Source: Armatimonadota bacterium (GTDB taxonomy: Bacteria > Armatimonadota > SYMT01). From it: a DNA stretch of 38,526 nucleotides. Positions 35,684 to 38,526 of this stretch are shown piece by piece (the first letter of the stretch is position 1; every line of letters begins with the position of its first letter). Location of the stretch: NCBI GenBank assembly GCA_046292385.1, contig JBKBRF010000057.1, positions 1 through 38,526 of the forward strand. Direction: 5' to 3'. The notes below the pieces were generated by a model. It worked only from the letters and a program-made list of their open reading frames with translations. It was not told the origin of the DNA and made no database searches. Made by a program: the position numbers and the translations under genes.

Positions 35684-36712
35684 TCAGCACCCGGAGCGGG
35701 AGAGCAGCCCGGAAAGGCGGCACTCGCTGGGGGAGCGCTCCGTCACCATCTCCAGGAAGGTGGGGCCGCGCATCTTGCCGGTCTCGGACCAGCCCTGGTG
35801 GCGGATGCGGCAGACCAGCTCCGGACGCACCCAGCGGACCTCCGACTTGAGGCTGGGCCCCTCCGCCAGGGGGCAGCGGCGGCTGCCGCGCGCGATCAGC
35901 TCCCGGTGCAGGCTCTGGAGCGTCTCCGCGTCGATGCCGGTGCCGGTATGGCCGATGTAGATCAGCTCGTCTCCGGAATAGACGCCGAGGATGAGGGTGC
36001 CGATGGTGCCGCGGCGCACCCCGCGCCCTTCGGTCCAGCCGCAGATCACCGCTTCCACGATCTCGCGGGGCTTGATGCTCAGCCAGTCCCGGGTCTTCTC
36101 GCCCGGGTAGTAGCGCCCCCGGGTGCGCTTGCCGACCACCGAGTCGCGGCCCAGCTCTCGCGCCACCTCCAGCGCTTCCGCGCCGGTCTCGAAGGCGGGG
36201 GAAAGGCGGACCTGCGGCGACTGGCGGAGCACCCGCGTCAGGATGTCCCGGCGTTCATCCCAGTTCACGTCGAGCATCCAGCTATCGCCGATGCGGAGCA
36301 GGTCGTAGACCATAAAGACCGCAGGGGTCTCCTGCGCCTGCTCCCGGATCTCCTGCGGGTCGCGCAGCATCAGCCGCCGCTGCAGCGGAAAGATCGACGG
36401 CTCGTCCGCGTCGAGCACCAGCTCGCCGTCCAGGAGCACCCAGTCCGGAAAGACGCTGCCGCGCATCGCCTCCAGCTCCGGGAACCACTCCTGGATATCC
36501 TGGCCGGAGACGTTCCGGAGCACCAGCCGCTGGCCCTCGTACCCCGCCAGCACGCGGATGCCGTCCCACTTCACCTCGTACGCATGGTCGGCGCTGTCCA
36601 GCGGACCCGGCGCGGCGGTCGGGAGCATCGGCAAGAACCCGGCCGGCAGGATCTGCTGGGTGCTCCACGCCACGGTGGGCTCCAGCGAAGTGGTGATGTC
36701 TGAGAGGTCCAT
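35684..36712 (-). CDS. ATP-dependent DNA ligase, stand-alone LigD-type ligase domain
   Basis: PML, YEVKWDGIR (motif I), LDGELV, VYDLL, YYPGEKTRDW, YIGHTGTG, WVRPELVC. Confidence 0.88.
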   Translation of the reverse strand: MDLSDITTSLEPTVAWSTQQILPAGFLPMLPTAAPGPLDSADHAYEVKWDGIRVLAGYEGQRLVLRNVSGQDIQEWFPELEAMRGSVFPDWVLLDGELVLDADEPSIFPLQRRLMLRDPQEIREQAQETPAVFMVYDLLRIGDSWMLDVNWDERRDILTRVLRQSPQVRLSPAFETGAEALEVARELGRDSVVGKRTRGRYYPGEKTRDWLSIKPREIVEAVICGWTEGRGVRRGTIGTLILGVYSGDELIYIGHTGTGIDAETLQSLHRELIARGSRRCPLAEGPSLKSEVRWVRPELVCRIRHQGWSETGKMRGPTFLEMVTERSPSECRLSGLLSRSGC

Positions 36713-37035
36713 AGCCGTGCTTCCTGCGCCTCGCTTGGCGCCCTATCGTCATAGTAACCCTAGATGCTCGCTTATTAAGCCTCTCCTTAGCATAGAGAAC
36801 GCAGCGACGGAGTGTTCCGTTCCTTCCGGAAGCCGTGAAGCACCCCCCAGGAAGGTGAAACGGCCGATTCTAAGGCAACTGGGGCCGTATAGAGGTCTCT
36901 CAGGCGGTAAATCACCGGCGTTGAGTTTCAGAGTTGGATTCGAGAGCAGTGTCTGCCCGCGTGGACTTTTCGCTGGCGCTCCGCCCGGTTGCCGCCGGTC
37001 CGGAGCCGAGTCCGCGTTCTCCCAGGAGGATTCTT

Positions 37036-38157
37036 ATGCCGCAGCAGAGATACCGGGTCGCGATTCTCGGGCATACGGGCGCGGGCGATTACGGGCACGG
37101 GCTCGACGTGGTCTACAACGGCATGCCTGAAGTGCGCGTGGCGGCGGTCTCCGACCCGGACCCCGCCGGCCGGGCCGCCTGCGCCGCCCGCACCGGGGCC
37201 GCGGCGCAGTATGCGGACTACCGCGAGCTGCTGGAGCGGGAGAAGCCGGACCTCGTCTCCGTGAGCCCCCGCTGGATCGCCGGGCACCGGGAGATGGTCC
37301 TGGCGTGCGCCGCGGCCGGAGTCAAGGGTATCTACTGCGAGAAGCCGTTCGCGCGAACGCTCGCGGAAGCGGACGAGATGGTCGAGGCATGCCGCCGGTC
37401 CGGCACCCGGGTCGCCGTGGCGCACCAGAACCGCGCCCTACCCTACCTGGAGCACGTGCGCAAGCTGGTGCAGTCCGGCGCCATCGGCACGCTGCGCCGG
37501 ATCCGGGGCAAGGGCAAGGACGACTCCCGCGGCGGCGCGCAGGACCTGATCGTCCTCGGCACCCACGTGCTCGACCAGATGCGCTACCTGGCGGGGGACC
37601 CGCTCTGGGCCTGGGCGCACCTGCGCCAGGACGACCGCGACATCGCCCGTGGGGACGTGCGGGAGGGCTCGGAGCAGGTCGGGCCGATCGCGGGCAACAA
37701 CCTCACCGGCTACTACGCGTTCCCCCACGGGGTCGCCGGCAGCTACGAGTCTTACGCGGGAAGGGGCGCCTCCCGGCACATGGGCCTCTGGATCGAGGGC
37801 ACCCAGGGGACGATCACCCTCCACGGCGGGTTCGCGAAGCAGGCGTGGCTCTGCAAGGCGCCGCAGTGGACCCCGGAGCTCGGCACCGGCGCCTGGGAGC
37901 CGATCCGCCTGCCGGAGTGGGACCGCGGCATGGACGGCCACCCCCGCTCCGAGACGGAGCTTCAGAACCTGGCGAACCAGAAGATGGTCCGCGCCCTGAT
38001 CGAATGCCTCGAGAAGGGCGGCTCCCACTTCTCCAGCGACAACGACGCCCGCTGGGCGATGGAGATGTACCTCGCCCTGCCCGAAAGCCAGCGCACCGGC
38101 GAGCGCGTCGCCCTCCCGATGAAAGAGCGCGGCAGCGCGTGGGCGAAGCTCGCCTGA
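37036..38157 (+). CDS. Gfo/Idh/MocA family oxidoreductase
   Basis: YADYRELLEREKPDLV, IYCEKP, GTHVLD; AGGAGG RBS. Confidence 0.92.
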   Translation: MPQQRYRVAILGHTGAGDYGHGLDVVYNGMPEVRVAAVSDPDPAGRAACAARTGAAAQYADYRELLEREKPDLVSVSPRWIAGHREMVLACAAAGVKGIYCEKPFARTLAEADEMVEACRRSGTRVAVAHQNRALPYLEHVRKLVQSGAIGTLRRIRGKGKDDSRGGAQDLIVLGTHVLDQMRYLAGDPLWAWAHLRQDDRDIARGDVREGSEQVGPIAGNNLTGYYAFPHGVAGSYESYAGRGASRHMGLWIEGTQGTITLHGGFAKQAWLCKAPQWTPELGTGAWEPIRLPEWDRGMDGHPRSETELQNLANQKMVRALIECLEKGGSHFSSDNDARWAMEMYLALPESQRTGERVALPMKERGSAWAKLA

Positions 38158-38260
38158 GAGGAACGGACCTGAACGCGAAGGCGCGAAGAGCTGGAAGGAC
38201 GCGAAGAGAGCATCATCGGTTTGGGTGATGATGGCAGCGTCGTCACGAGGGGCAGGAACC

Positions 38261-38487
38261 TGAGTCCGGCGGAGCCGGACGCTTGTGCGCCCCCCTGGCG
38301 AGGGGGGCGAGCTTGAACGGAGGGAGCACTCCCGTGAGCCCTCTCACCTTAATGGCTCCGGCGCGGTGGCGCGGGATGAGGTTCCCGCTGCGAACGCAGA
38401 GACGGGCTGCTAGCCCAAGTTCCGCAGTTTGTAAGAAAGATTCAGCCTCGCGGTGGCTGCGAAGCATCAAGCGAGGCTGAATCTTTC
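38261..38487 (+). ncRNA. Putative structured non-coding RNA or retroelement-like element, copy 2 (may continue past the window end)
   Basis: Homologous to 1311-1490 with compensatory stem changes; followed by a 17-bp perfect hairpin at 38435-38487. Confidence 0.55.
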
Positions 38488-38526
38488 CACTACACTTCGT
38501 ACATCGGCATGGTTTCTGGCAGGTGC

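Overview
High-GC bacterial chromosomal window; the gene repertoire suggests Armatimonadota or a similar phylum, but this is a low-confidence inference. It holds about 30 protein genes. Housekeeping and repair genes are proS, queG, an OGG-family glycosylase and a stand-alone LigD-type ligase domain. Carbohydrate genes are two MFS transporters, a sugar ABC binding protein with two permeases, a sugar-phosphate isomerase, a UxuA-like dehydratase and a Gfo/Idh/MocA oxidoreductase. Envelope genes are a Tat-signal class D beta-lactamase, NlpC/P60 and M23 peptidases and a beta-propeller protein. Also present are two immunity-like genes, an orphan GlmL-family ATPase with a probable uncharacterised partner, and two genes that appear frameshifted. 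No rRNA, tRNA, CRISPR array, intact transposase or reverse transcriptase was seen. The most unusual signal is non-coding: two diverged but colinear copies (about 1311-1611 and 38261-38487) of a structured RNA-like element with covarying hairpins and fixed motif spacing. The first copy is bracketed by a perfect 15-bp inverted repeat. Many intergenic gaps also carry periodic 6-, 7- or 9-mer palindromic MITE/REP-like elements of at least five families, three of which share a TCCGAACC-like core.
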